A program made the translations under genes and the position numbers. From Dyella lutea (GTDB lineage Bacteria > Pseudomonadota > Gammaproteobacteria > Xanthomonadales > Rhodanobacteraceae): DNA of 32,000 bases. The notes under the pieces were generated by a model. That model searched no databases. It saw nothing but the letters and a program-made list of their open reading frames with translations, and was not told the DNA's origin. The first letter of the stretch is position 1; each line of letters starts with the position of its first letter. The DNA is taken from positions 781,416 to 813,415 of the forward strand of contig NZ_JAMZEK010000001.1 in NCBI RefSeq assembly GCF_024158035.1, read 5' to 3'. This document shows, piece by piece, positions 1 to 14,337 of the stretch.

Positions 1-419
1 GCACCTGGTCCAATCCCAGCTTCATCACCATGACCGGCGGCAGCATCGGCTTCCAGGCCGGCGTGTCCTCGACCGACGTGATCCTGGTCTTCCGCACCCA
101 GCGTGGCGTGGATTCCATCGTCAACGGCAAGTTCACCCTCGGTGCCGACGCCTCGGCCGCCGCCGGCCCGGTCGGTCGCACCGCCAGCGCCTCGACCGAC
201 AGCCAGATGAAGGCCGAGATCTACTCCTACTCGCGCTCGCGCGGCCTGTTCGCCGGCGTGGCACTGGACGGTTCGGCGCTGCGCATCGACTACGACGCCA
301 ATGCCGCCGTGTACGGTGCCGGCATCACCCCGCGGCGCATCTTCGAGGGCGGCGTCAGCAACGTGCCCGGTCCGGTGGTCGACTTCCGCGACCGCCTGGA
401 GGAGTACACTTCCCGCTGA
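1..419 (+). CDS. SYLF / Ysc84-like (DUF500) lipid-binding domain protein, C-terminal part; the 5' end lies outside the window
   Basis: The frame is open from the window edge (codon phase of position 3) to TGA at 417-419. The translation [19 protein letters not shown]...[24 protein letters not shown] fits the SYLF/DUF500 pattern as I remember it. Third codon positions are strongly G/C. Confidence 0.6.
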   Translation, partial: TWSNPSFITMTGGSIGFQAGVSSTDVILVFRTQRGVDSIVNGKFTLGADASAAAGPVGRTASASTDSQMKAEIYSYSRSRGLFAGVALDGSALRIDYDANAAVYGAGITPRRIFEGGVSNVPGPVVDFRDRLEEYTSR

Positions 420-483
420 TCGGATGGCGCGATCCCGCCCTGCGGGGTCCGCCCTCCCACCGGTTGGGCTTCCTGAGGACATC

Positions 484-720
484 ATGAGCATCTGGCATCT
501 CATCATCCTGCTTATCGTGGTCGTGGTGATTTTCGGCACCGGCAAGCTGCGCAACGTCGGCTCGGACCTCGGTGGCGCGATCCGCGACTTCAAGAAGGGC
601 CTGAACGGCGACGATGAGGGCGAGCCCAAGCCGACCCAGTCCAGCGAGAAGCTGCAGGCCGATCCGCCGCCGGCCGACCGCGCCACGCAGAGTCAGCGCG
701 ACTCCAGCGACGCCAAGTAA
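484..720 (+). CDS. tatA: Twin-arginine translocase subunit TatA
   Basis: The 78-aa product begins [39 protein letters not shown], which is the classic TatA TM helix plus amphipathic helix. ATG 484 is preceded by GAGGA at 475-479. tatB and tatC follow directly. Confidence 0.92.
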   Translation: MSIWHLIILLIVVVVIFGTGKLRNVGSDLGGAIRDFKKGLNGDDEGEPKPTQSSEKLQADPPPADRATQSQRDSSDAK

Positions 721-741
721 GCACGTCGGCGGCGTGCAGCC

Positions 742-1161
742 ATGATCGAGATCAGCTTCGGCAAGCTGCTGCTGCTGGCCGTCATCGCGTTGATCGTGCT
801 CGGACCGGAGAAGCTGCCGGTGGCCGCGCGTACCGCCGGCACCCTGCTGCGCCGGCTTCGGTCCGGCTGGGACAGTGTGCGCGCCGAGGTCGAGCGCGAG
901 CTGCAGGTGGAGGAGATCCGCCGTGCCGCCCGCGAAGCCGCGGCGCAGGCCGAGGCCGCCCAGGCCCGGCTCAATGAAGTGCAGTCGAAGGTCGACGAGG
1001 CCGCGCGCCAGGCCGGGAAGGTCGCCGCGCCGGACGTCTCGACGCTGGCCGATGCTCCGGTCGCGTCCCCCGCGCCGGACGAGCCGGCGCTGATGACCGG
1101 CAAGCCCAAGGACGACCCGTCCACTCCGCCGCAGGACGAGGTGCCGCGTGGCCAAGGCTGA
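742..1161 (+). CDS. tatB: Twin-arginine translocase subunit TatB
   Basis: The N-terminus MIEISFGKLLLLAVIALIVLGPEKLPVAARTAGTLLRRLR is the TatB signature, followed by an Ala/Glu-rich helical tail. The gene sits between tatA and tatC. Confidence 0.88.
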   Translation: MIEISFGKLLLLAVIALIVLGPEKLPVAARTAGTLLRRLRSGWDSVRAEVERELQVEEIRRAAREAAAQAEAAQARLNEVQSKVDEAARQAGKVAAPDVSTLADAPVASPAPDEPALMTGKPKDDPSTPPQDEVPRGQG

Positions 1162-1912
1162 CGAATCGATCGATCTCGAACAGGGGCTGTTCTCGCACCT
1201 GCTGGAGCTGCGTTCGCGCATCGTGCGCGCCAGCGTCACCGTACTGCTGGTGCTGCTGGCGCTGGTGCCGGTGGCCAACCATCTTTACACCGAGCTGGCC
1301 GCGCCGCTGGTCGCGCGCCTGCCGCACGGCGCCCACCTGATCGCCACCGAGGTGGCCAGCCCGTTCGTGACGCCGTTGAAGCTGGCGTTCTATGCGGCGC
1401 TGTTCATCTCGATGCCGATGATCCTGTACCAGTTGTGGGCTTTCGTCAGCCCGGGGCTGTACAAGCACGAGAAGCGGCTGGCGCGTCCGCTGCTGGGCGC
1501 CGCGCTGGTGCTGTTCTACATGGGCTGCGCGTTCGCCTATTTCCTGGTGCTGCCGGCGGCGTTCCGCTTCCTCGCCGCGGTGACGCCCGAGGGCGTGGAG
1601 ATGATGACCGACATCAGCCACTACCTCGATTTCGTGATGCTGATGTTCTTCGCCTTCGGCCTCTGTTTCGAGGTGCCGGTGGCGGTGGTGATCCTCGCCG
1701 CGATCGGCCTGGTGAGCCTGGACAAGCTGCGCAGCGGACGCCGTTACGCGATCGTCGGTGCCTTCGCCGTCGCCGCCTTCATTACGCCGCCGGACATCAC
1801 CTCAATGATCATGCTGGCCGTGCCGATGTGCCTGCTCTACGAGCTGGGTATCCTGGCGGTGGCCTGGCTGCTCAAGCCGCAGCCGAAGGCGCCGGCGGAC
1901 AAGGCGGCCTGA
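1148..1912 (+). CDS. tatC: Twin-arginine translocase subunit TatC
   Basis: The 254-aa polytopic membrane protein begins ...LFSHLLELRSRIVRASV (TatC HL.ELR motif). It has a GTG start at 1148 that overlaps the tatB end by 14 nt. Confidence 0.9.
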   Translation: MAKADESIDLEQGLFSHLLELRSRIVRASVTVLLVLLALVPVANHLYTELAAPLVARLPHGAHLIATEVASPFVTPLKLAFYAALFISMPMILYQLWAFVSPGLYKHEKRLARPLLGAALVLFYMGCAFAYFLVLPAAFRFLAAVTPEGVEMMTDISHYLDFVMLMFFAFGLCFEVPVAVVILAAIGLVSLDKLRSGRRYAIVGAFAVAAFITPPDITSMIMLAVPMCLLYELGILAVAWLLKPQPKAPADKAA

Positions 1913-1916
1913 TCGC

Positions 1917-2384
1917 ATGCATCCGCGTGCGGCGCAGCTGATCGGGCAGCTCGCGCTCGGGCCGCATGTCGAGGGCGGGCATTTCCGCCGCATCCACACT
2001 GCCGCCGCGTCCGCCGGCGAGCGGCCACCGCTCAGCGCGATCCAGTTCCTGCTGGCGGCAGGCGAGCAGAGCGCCTGGCATCGGGTGGATGCCCACGAGG
2101 CCTGGCATTTCGTCGAGGGTGATCCGCTGGAGCTGCTGGTCTATCACCCTGCGGAGGACCGGCTCGAATGCCTCTGGCTCGGCCCGCTCGGGCACGAGCA
2201 CGGCGTCGCCGGGCCCCTCCACGTGGTGCCTGCGGGGGCCTGGCAGGCGGCCCGGACGCGGGGCGATTACACGCTGTGCACCTGCCTGGTGGCGCCGGCG
2301 TTCGAGTTCACCGGCTTCACCCTGCTCGACGATCCCGCGCTGGCCGCACGGCTGGGCGAGCTGGCGCCGCAGATCCGGCGTTGA
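1917..2384 (+). CDS. Cupin-fold protein, DUF985 family
   Basis: The 155-aa product contains L.PH.EGG.F...S.I.FLL..G..S.WHRV.A.E.WHF..G.PLEL, which I recognise as the DUF985 cupin pattern. ATG is at 1917, 4 nt after the tatC stop. Confidence 0.6.
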   Translation: MHPRAAQLIGQLALGPHVEGGHFRRIHTAAASAGERPPLSAIQFLLAAGEQSAWHRVDAHEAWHFVEGDPLELLVYHPAEDRLECLWLGPLGHEHGVAGPLHVVPAGAWQAARTRGDYTLCTCLVAPAFEFTGFTLLDDPALAARLGELAPQIRR

Positions 2385-2394
2385 CCGGCCGCCC

Positions 2395-3741
2395 TCAGCG
2401 CGACGCGGGCGAGGCGGCCGGACGATTCAGTGCCAGGCCCTTGAGCACGTTCATCGCCTGCGACAGGGCGTAGTCCTTGGTCGCCAGCTTGGCGTTCTCG
2501 GCGCTGCCGTCGTTGTTGATGTCCTTGCCGTTGCTGCCGTCCTCGTTCGCCAGGTGGTGGCTGAGGTCCGCCTCGGAGCTGATCAGCTGCGGCGCGCTGT
2601 CGGCCTTGCGCACGGTGAGGTCGGCCAGTGCGATGTCCGGCTTGATCCCCTCGGCCTGGATCGAGGTGCCGTTGGGTGTGTAGTAGCGCGCCGTGGTGAT
2701 CTTCACCGCGTGGGTGGCATCCAGCGGCAGCACGGTCTGCACCACGCCCTTGCCGAAGGTACGGCGCCCGACGACCAGGGCGCGGTGGTTGTCCTTCAGG
2801 GCGCCGGAAACGATCTCGGCGGCCGAGGCGGTGCCGTTGTCCACCAGCAGCACCAGCGGCGCGCCGTCGAGCAGGTCGCCCGGGTGGGCGCTGAAGTTCA
2901 TGTTGGCGTCGGCCAGTCGCCCCCGGGTGGTGACGATGGTGCCGGAGTTCAGGAAATCGTCGCTGACCGCCACCGCCGAGGTGAGCAGGCCGCCCGGGTT
3001 GGAGCGCAGATCGAGGATCGCGCCCTTCGGCTGGCCGTGCTTGGCGATCAGCTCGCCGAGCTTCTTCTCCAGGTCGGGCGCGGTGTCCTCCTGGAACTGG
3101 CTGATGCGGATGTAGGCGTAGCCGGGCTCGATCTCGCGGACCCGGACGCTGGGCACCGAGATCTTCTCGCGCACCAGCGGCAGGTCGACCAGCTTGTCGC
3201 TGTTTTCGTGGACGATGGTCAGGGTGATCCTGGTGCCCGGTGCGCCACGCAGGTCCTTGAACATCTTGTCGATGTTCTCGTCGGTGACCAGCTTGCCGTC
3301 GATCTTGACGATCACGTCGCCCGGCTTGATCCCGGCGCGCGACGCCGGGGTGTCGTCGATCGGCGCGACGATGCGCAGCGTATCGCCATCCTCGATCACC
3401 TCGATGCCCAGGCCGCTGTAGGCGCCGGTGGTGTCTTCGTTGAGCTCGGCGAGGCCTTCCTTGTCCAGGTACTCGCTGTGCGGGTCGAGGCCGGCCAGCA
3501 TGCCGGTGATCGCCGCCTTCATCAGCGTCTTGTTGTCCACCTTCTCCACGTAGGCCTGGCGCACCACCTCGTACACCCGGCTGAAGTTGCGGATGTCCTC
3601 GAGATCGACCGGGTCGCTCCCCGCTGCCGAGCTGGCCGCGGCGGGCGCATCGCTGCTGGCGGCCGCGGCAGGGGCGGCCTGGCCCCAGGCGGTCGGGGCG
3701 AGCAGCAGCAGGGCGATCAGGCCGTAGGGGGAAACACGCAT
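2395..3741 (-). CDS. ctpA: Carboxy-terminal processing peptidase (S41 family, PDZ-containing)
   Basis: The product has a PDZ region (GIEV...GDTLRIVAPIDDTPASRAGIKPGDVIVKIDG) and S41 catalytic motifs (NGTASAAEIVSGALKD with the Ser, and TFGKGVVQ with the Lys). I place the start at ATG 3741 (MRVSPYGLIALLLLAPTAWGQA, a signal peptide) with GGAG 8 nt upstream, rather than the track start at 3825. Confidence 0.9.
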   Translation of the reverse strand: MRVSPYGLIALLLLAPTAWGQAAPAAAASSDAPAAASSAAGSDPVDLEDIRNFSRVYEVVRQAYVEKVDNKTLMKAAITGMLAGLDPHSEYLDKEGLAELNEDTTGAYSGLGIEVIEDGDTLRIVAPIDDTPASRAGIKPGDVIVKIDGKLVTDENIDKMFKDLRGAPGTRITLTIVHENSDKLVDLPLVREKISVPSVRVREIEPGYAYIRISQFQEDTAPDLEKKLGELIAKHGQPKGAILDLRSNPGGLLTSAVAVSDDFLNSGTIVTTRGRLADANMNFSAHPGDLLDGAPLVLLVDNGTASAAEIVSGALKDNHRALVVGRRTFGKGVVQTVLPLDATHAVKITTARYYTPNGTSIQAEGIKPDIALADLTVRKADSAPQLISSEADLSHHLANEDGSNGKDINNDGSAENAKLATKDYALSQAMNVLKGLALNRPAASPASR

Positions 3742-3862
3742 CGGGGGACTCCGGACTACCAGGCTTGGGGGCGCTTCGCGCACTCCCGATTGGACCACGA
3801 AAGCGGGGCGGAAATTCCGTCGCACGTCGCGCTCGCCAGCCTGCGCGCTGGCTGGCGCGGCG

Positions 3863-5053
3863 TCAACGATGGCGGGCCAGCCAGCTGCGCGGGTCGACCG
3901 GCTTGTTGGCGTGTCGCAGCTCGAAGTAGGCCCCGGTGTTGACGCCGGTCGGTGCCATCGCCGTGCCGACCGCTTCGCCGGCCTCCACGGTCTCGCCGAC
4001 CCGGTGCAGCAGCGCTTCGTTGTTGCCGTACATGCTCATCCAGCCGCCGCCATGGTCGAGGATCACCAGCATGCCGTAGCCGCGAAGGAAGTTGGCGTAG
4101 ACCACCCGCCCCTTCGCCACCGCATGCACCTCGCTGCCGCCCGGGGCGCGGATCAGCACGCCATTGCCGTAGCTGTGCACTTCGCCGGGCGCCGGCCAGG
4201 GCAGGCTGCCGCGGATGTTCGCCAGCACCGGCCCCTTGCCGCCACCTGGGCCGGCGTGCCCGCCACCGCGTCGCTCGGCCTCGCGTGCCGCCTTGTCGAT
4301 GGCTGCCTGCAGCTTGTTCACCAGCGAGGTCAGGGAGCGCTCGTCCTGTTTCAGTGCGGCCAGCCGTTCGCCTTCGTTGCGGTAGGTGGCGTCGATGGCG
4401 TCGGCCAGTTTCTTCTGTTCGGCGCGGCGCGCACCCAGCGCCCTGGCCTGCTCGGCCTGCTGCGCGCGCGTGGCTTCCAGCGCCTGCTGTTCCTGCGTGA
4501 TGGCGTCCTGCAGCGACTGCAGTTTGGCGAGGTCGGCCATCAACTGCTGCACGCGCTGCAGCCGGTCCTGCTGGAAATACTTCGAATAGGCCAGCGACCG
4601 GGCGATGCGTGCCACGTCCTCGTCGCCGAGCAGCAGGCGCAGGTCGGAGCCCTGGCCGAGCGCATAGGTGGCGCGCAGCAGTTCGGCGATCGCCTGCTTC
4701 TGCCGGTCGAGCTTGCCCTGCAGCTGGGATCGTTGCTCCTGCAACTGTTCGAGATCCTTTTGCCTGGTGGCGATCTTCTGCTCGGTGGCGCGGACCGCGC
4801 TCGCCGCCGCCGCCAGGGCGTGGGCCCGGCGGGCCAGCTCGGCGTTGATCCTGTCACGCTCGCCGGCGGTCTGCTCGCGGCTCTTGGTCAGCGCTTCCAT
4901 GCGGCTGCGCACGTCATCCAGCCGTTGTTCTGCCTGGGCTTTTTCGGTCGCGCTCTGCCGGCTGGCGTGGGCCGGCGCAGACGGGGTGGGGAGCAGGAGG
5001 AGGCTGGCGAGCAGCGGCAGCAGGGGCAGGTGGCGTCGGGCGGCGTTGGGCAT
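3863..5053 (-). CDS. envC: Murein hydrolase activator EnvC-like protein (coiled coil plus degenerate M23/LytM domain)
   Basis: The product has a signal-like N-terminus (LPLLPLLASLLLLPTPSAPAHA), about 230 aa of Q/E/A/R-rich coiled coil, and a C-terminal LytM-type domain (GYGMLVILDHGGGWMSMYGNNEAL...GTAMAPTGVNTGAYFELR). It sits immediately upstream of ctpA, as in many proteobacteria. The start is ambiguous between ATG 5053 and GTG 5068, and neither has a strong SD. Confidence 0.75.
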   Translation of the reverse strand: MPNAARRHLPLLPLLASLLLLPTPSAPAHASRQSATEKAQAEQRLDDVRSRMEALTKSREQTAGERDRINAELARRAHALAAAASAVRATEQKIATRQKDLEQLQEQRSQLQGKLDRQKQAIAELLRATYALGQGSDLRLLLGDEDVARIARSLAYSKYFQQDRLQRVQQLMADLAKLQSLQDAITQEQQALEATRAQQAEQARALGARRAEQKKLADAIDATYRNEGERLAALKQDERSLTSLVNKLQAAIDKAAREAERRGGGHAGPGGGKGPVLANIRGSLPWPAPGEVHSYGNGVLIRAPGGSEVHAVAKGRVVYANFLRGYGMLVILDHGGGWMSMYGNNEALLHRVGETVEAGEAVGTAMAPTGVNTGAYFELRHANKPVDPRSWLARHR

Positions 5054-5164
5054 GTGGCCGATTATCACCGAGCACCATGACGGCGGCGAGCCGGCCGGGC
5101 CGGATCGATCCGGAACACCTTGCGCCTGGCGATCGCGTTTTTCCGTTTAGACGCCCAAATGCCT

Positions 5165-5194
5165 TTGACGCGGCGCGTCATTTGTGCGTACAGT
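5165..5194 (+). promoter_or_regulatory. Candidate sigma-70 promoter for gltBD
   Basis: TTGACG at 5165-5170, an 18-nt spacer and TACAGT at 5189-5194 lie in the 220-nt divergent envC/gltB intergenic region. This is a pattern match only. Confidence 0.3.
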
Positions 5195-5217
5195 CGGGGC
5201 GCACGTCTTGTCAATCA

Positions 5218-5239
5218 CCTGCGGCGCGTGCGCCGCAGG
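5218..5239 (+). promoter_or_regulatory. Perfect 22-nt palindrome or stem-loop in the gltB leader
   Basis: CCTGCGGCGC-GT-GCGCCGCAGG has 10-nt arms that are exact reverse complements. It lies between the candidate promoter and the gltB start and is followed by CTTTGCTGTCT. Confidence 0.5.
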
Positions 5240-5290
5240 CTTTGCTGTCTCCCACCGTTCCACCCGGCGAATCGAGAGAGGAAGGCACCC

Positions 5291-11157
<5,867 letters not shown>

Positions 11158-11173
11158 ACCGGTCGCGCAGCGG

Positions 11174-11938
11174 TTACACCGCGTGCGCGACCAGGGTCAC
11201 CGTGTCCAGCGTGAACGCCCCGTCCGCGGCGATCGCGAAATGCTCGCGCACCGCCGCTGGGGCGATCTGCTGCAACTGGCGGATCGCCGTCACCTGGGCG
11301 GCCGGCGTGCGTGTGCGAGCTGTCCATTCGCCGAAGTCGGGCAGCGGCAGCCGTCGCGGCGTGAGGCTGTGAATCGCGAAGCCGGCCCGGGCCAGCGCGG
11401 CGGTCCACTCGGACACCCGGTAGTTGCGCACGTGCGACACGTCGCGCAGCAGTTCGAGCGTTTGCAGCCAGCTGTCCAGCAGCGCCGGCTCGGGCGACAC
11501 CACGTCGATGAACAAGGCCAGGCCATCGGACGCCAGCACGCGACGAGCTTCGCGCAGGCCGGCGTCGCGGTCCTGCCAGTGGTGGGTGGTGAAGCGGGCG
11601 ACCAGGGCATCGAAGGCGCCGTCGGCGAACGGCAGCCGTTCGGCCACGGCGTGCTGCACCGCGATGTTGGCCAGGCCGCGTTCGCGGGCGCCGGCCTGCA
11701 CCGCATCGAGCATGCTCGGCGTCGGATCGCAGGCGGTGACCGCAGCCACCAGCGGCGCGACGCGATAGCTGACATGGCCGCCACCACAGCCCAGGTCGAG
11801 CAGCCGCTGCGGCCGGTGTTCGCGCAGCAGCGCCTCGACCTGGTCGAGGTCGGCGCCGCCGGCGTGCACGGCGCTGGTCACGTAGTCGTTGGCGCGTGGC
11901 GCGTACTGCTCGACGACGAAACGGGCATTCGGGTCCAT
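11174..11938 (-). CDS. Class I SAM-dependent methyltransferase
   Basis: The product has SAM motif I (LLDLGCGGGH) and post-I/II motifs (ACDPTPSML, FDALVARFTTHHW). I place the start at ATG 11938 (MDPNARF) with GAGGAGA upstream. It is divergent from the HTH regulator. Confidence 0.8.
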   Translation of the reverse strand: MDPNARFVVEQYAPRANDYVTSAVHAGGADLDQVEALLREHRPQRLLDLGCGGGHVSYRVAPLVAAVTACDPTPSMLDAVQAGARERGLANIAVQHAVAERLPFADGAFDALVARFTTHHWQDRDAGLREARRVLASDGLALFIDVVSPEPALLDSWLQTLELLRDVSHVRNYRVSEWTAALARAGFAIHSLTPRRLPLPDFGEWTARTRTPAAQVTAIRQLQQIAPAAVREHFAIAADGAFTLDTVTLVAHAV

Positions 11939-12014
11939 CGCGATTCTCCTCGTGTGGGTCGGCGCGATTCTGCGTGTCGCCCGCAAGCGGTGTAAGTTGC
12001 GCGCTTATCCTGGT

Positions 12015-12815
12015 ATGAACGCTACCCCTCACGACATCGACGGCGAACTGCGCCAGCGTCTGGCGCGTTTCCTGCGCGCGCGCCGCGAGGCTATGCCGCC
12101 ACCGAGCGGCGTCGTCGGCCGGCGACGCACACCCGGCCTGCGGCGCGAGGAAGTGGCGCAGCACGCCGGCATCAGCACCACCTGGTACACCTGGCTCGAG
12201 CAGGGGCGCGACATCGCGCTGTCGGCCGAGGCGCTGGCGCGGCTGGCCGAGGTGCTGGCGCTGTCACCGGCCGAGCGCAGCTACCTGTTCGAGCTGGCGC
12301 GCCGGCGCGACCCGCATCGGCCCGACGGAGATGATCCGGCCGTGCCCACCACGCTGCTCGCCGCGGTGGAGGCGATGCCGATACCCGCCTACGTGCTGGA
12401 CCGCTACTGGTGCCGGCGGGCATGGAATGCGGCGGCCGCCGAGCTGTTCGCACCCTGGGCCGCCAGCGGCGAGTCGAGCCTATTGCGCTACGTGTTCCTC
12501 GACCCCTCGGCGCGCGGTTTCATCGCCGACTGGGACACGCGCGCCAACCGCGTGGTGGCCGAATTCCGCGCCGATACGGCACTGCATCCGGACGACGTGG
12601 CAATGGCGTCGCTGGTGGATGCACTGTGCGCGTCGAGCCCGGACTTCGCCAAGCGCTGGCGTCGTCACGACGTGCTGGCACGCGAGGGCGGTCGTCGCGA
12701 CTTCGTGCATCCCGGACGAGGTGCGCTGAGCTGCGAACAGCTCACCCTGGTCCCTGCCGGGCACAGCGACCACAAGCTGGTACTGCTGCTGCCGGAGGCC
12801 GGGCAAGCCGGCTAG
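12015..12815 (+). CDS. XRE-type HTH transcriptional regulator with MmyB-like C-terminal domain
   Basis: The N-terminal part LRREEVAQHAGISTTWYTWLEQGRDIALSAEALARLAEVLALSPAERSYLFELA is the pattern I recall for MmyB-family regulators. The C-terminal ~170 aa looks like a ligand-binding-type domain. The start is ATG 12015. Confidence 0.75.
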   Translation: MNATPHDIDGELRQRLARFLRARREAMPPPSGVVGRRRTPGLRREEVAQHAGISTTWYTWLEQGRDIALSAEALARLAEVLALSPAERSYLFELARRRDPHRPDGDDPAVPTTLLAAVEAMPIPAYVLDRYWCRRAWNAAAAELFAPWAASGESSLLRYVFLDPSARGFIADWDTRANRVVAEFRADTALHPDDVAMASLVDALCASSPDFAKRWRRHDVLAREGGRRDFVHPGRGALSCEQLTLVPAGHSDHKLVLLLPEAGQAG

Positions 12816-14179
12816 CGATCGTCGGTTGACGCCGCCCGGGTGCCGTCGGTCACATGGATGGTCTGCTTCACCTGAGGCAAGCCGTCGCCTTCGGTGACGC
12901 GTAACCGATAGTCGCCAGGCCTCAGGTAGAGCTCGGCCTGGGTGGCGCCGCGCAGCGAACGCAGTCGGTCGTGCAACGGCAGCGGATCGGGCGGAGGCTC
13001 GAACAATATGCGGTCTGCAGCCACCGCATCGTCGCCCTCGCCTGCGTACAGCGCCTCGACCAGGCAGGGCCAGGTGTTGTCGCACAGGCGCTTGCCGTTG
13101 ACGAACACATGCTTGCGCAGGCCGAGCAGGTTCAGCCAGGTCGGTCGTTCCCGCCGCATCTTCGCGGGCGGGAAGAACACGCTCACGTCGTACCCCGGGC
13201 GCAGCGACCATGCCTTGCCGTCCGGGTGGACGAACACGAAGGGCACGTCGGGAACCCGGCTCTTGACCACCGCGGTGTACCAGGGATGGTCGCTGTCCGG
13301 CTCCGGGTGGGGGATCATCATGGTCTGCTCGATCGACAGCGGCTCGATGCCGGTGATCGACTGGAAATACTCCGCCATGCTCTTGCCGCCCAGGTAGCGG
13401 CCGCTCTTCAGGATATGCGCGTAGCCGGCGTTCACCACCACGCGGGCATTGGGGTCCTTGCGAAAAATCCGCTCGTAGAGGTTGTGCGCTTGCGCCCGCT
13501 CGCGCGCATCGGGCGTACCGGGCTGGTCCGATTCGTAGGCCACCACCTTGAAGCCGAGCTGCAGCGCGCTGCGCACCATTTCGCCGTAGATCGGCTCGTT
13601 CACGTAGAAGCCGCTGTCCGCGGTGGGATAGCCGCGGGAGGCCAGATGCGCGTCGTCGTCGTAGAGCGTCTCCACCGCGAGATAGTCGAAACCCTCGCGC
13701 CGGAGTGCGGGCAGCATGGCCACGGTGAGCGTGCGGGTCAGCGGGATGTTGTGGGCCTCGTTGAAGAACACCGCCTGGCGCCCGTGCACGAGCGGCATCA
13801 GCGCCTGCGTCGCCGGCTCCGCCGTCCAGCCGCCGGACAGCGGCGAAGGCGCGTCCTCTTTCTGGGCCGGCTGCGCGATCGAATAGCTGATCGCCGCGTC
13901 CGGGTAGTCACCGACATAGGTCTGGAACCAGCTCAGGTACTGGCTGAAGATCACGTTGAACGCGCGATCCTCGGGCGACGCCCTGGCCGCGGCGTCCATC
14001 ATCACGCGGTATTCGCCAAGCAGGTTCTTGCGCTGCATGGCCGACGCCATGATGCGTTCGGAGCGTTCGGCCGCAGCGACCTGTGCCTTGCGCCAGGCGT
14101 CGTCGTCCTGGGCGCGCAGTAGCGCCGGCGCCAGCACGAGGGCGGCTGCGAGTAAACCGGTGAACCGACTGCAACGCAT
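12812..14179 (-). CDS. Secreted hypothetical protein with ChaN/Tiki/erythromycin-esterase-like motifs and a C-terminal beta-rich domain
   Basis: A signal peptide starts at ATG 14179 (MRCSRFTGLLAAALVLAPALLRAQ). The ordered motifs are AVFFNEAHN, YLAVETL, ARERAQAHNLYERI and VVNAGYAH. These resemble the GxxH...E...R...H arrangement of the ChaN/Tiki/erythromycin-esterase superfamily. That assignment is from memory and is not verified. Confidence 0.6.
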   Translation of the reverse strand: MRCSRFTGLLAAALVLAPALLRAQDDDAWRKAQVAAAERSERIMASAMQRKNLLGEYRVMMDAAARASPEDRAFNVIFSQYLSWFQTYVGDYPDAAISYSIAQPAQKEDAPSPLSGGWTAEPATQALMPLVHGRQAVFFNEAHNIPLTRTLTVAMLPALRREGFDYLAVETLYDDDAHLASRGYPTADSGFYVNEPIYGEMVRSALQLGFKVVAYESDQPGTPDARERAQAHNLYERIFRKDPNARVVVNAGYAHILKSGRYLGGKSMAEYFQSITGIEPLSIEQTMMIPHPEPDSDHPWYTAVVKSRVPDVPFVFVHPDGKAWSLRPGYDVSVFFPPAKMRRERPTWLNLLGLRKHVFVNGKRLCDNTWPCLVEALYAGEGDDAVAADRILFEPPPDPLPLHDRLRSLRGATQAELYLRPGDYRLRVTEGDGLPQVKQTIHVTDGTRAASTDDR

Positions 14180-14337
14180 GCGATCTCCTTCCGCCACGCT
14201 TTGCCAGGCAAGCGATATCGACGACCGGCTGGCCATGGTGTCGTCGCCTGACCGAGAATGCCACGTGAGGCCCGGCGCCGCGTATGCCGCTCGTCGCGGG
14301 TCCGCCGATCCACCACCGTTGCGAGGGGTAGTTCCGG

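Noticed and set aside
1966-3942. 658-aa plus-strand ORF spanning the cupin gene, ctpA and the envC 3' end
   Set aside because: It is off-frame or antisense to three well-supported genes. The translation is repetitive Arg/Gly/Ala/Val with no domain signature.
5120-5290. Track start for gltB at 5120, and track start 15340 for the NRDE gene
   Set aside because: The N-terminal extensions have no homology-like character. gltB has a strong RBS plus TTG at 5291. NRDE family proteins characteristically begin Met-Cys, which here is ATG 15400.
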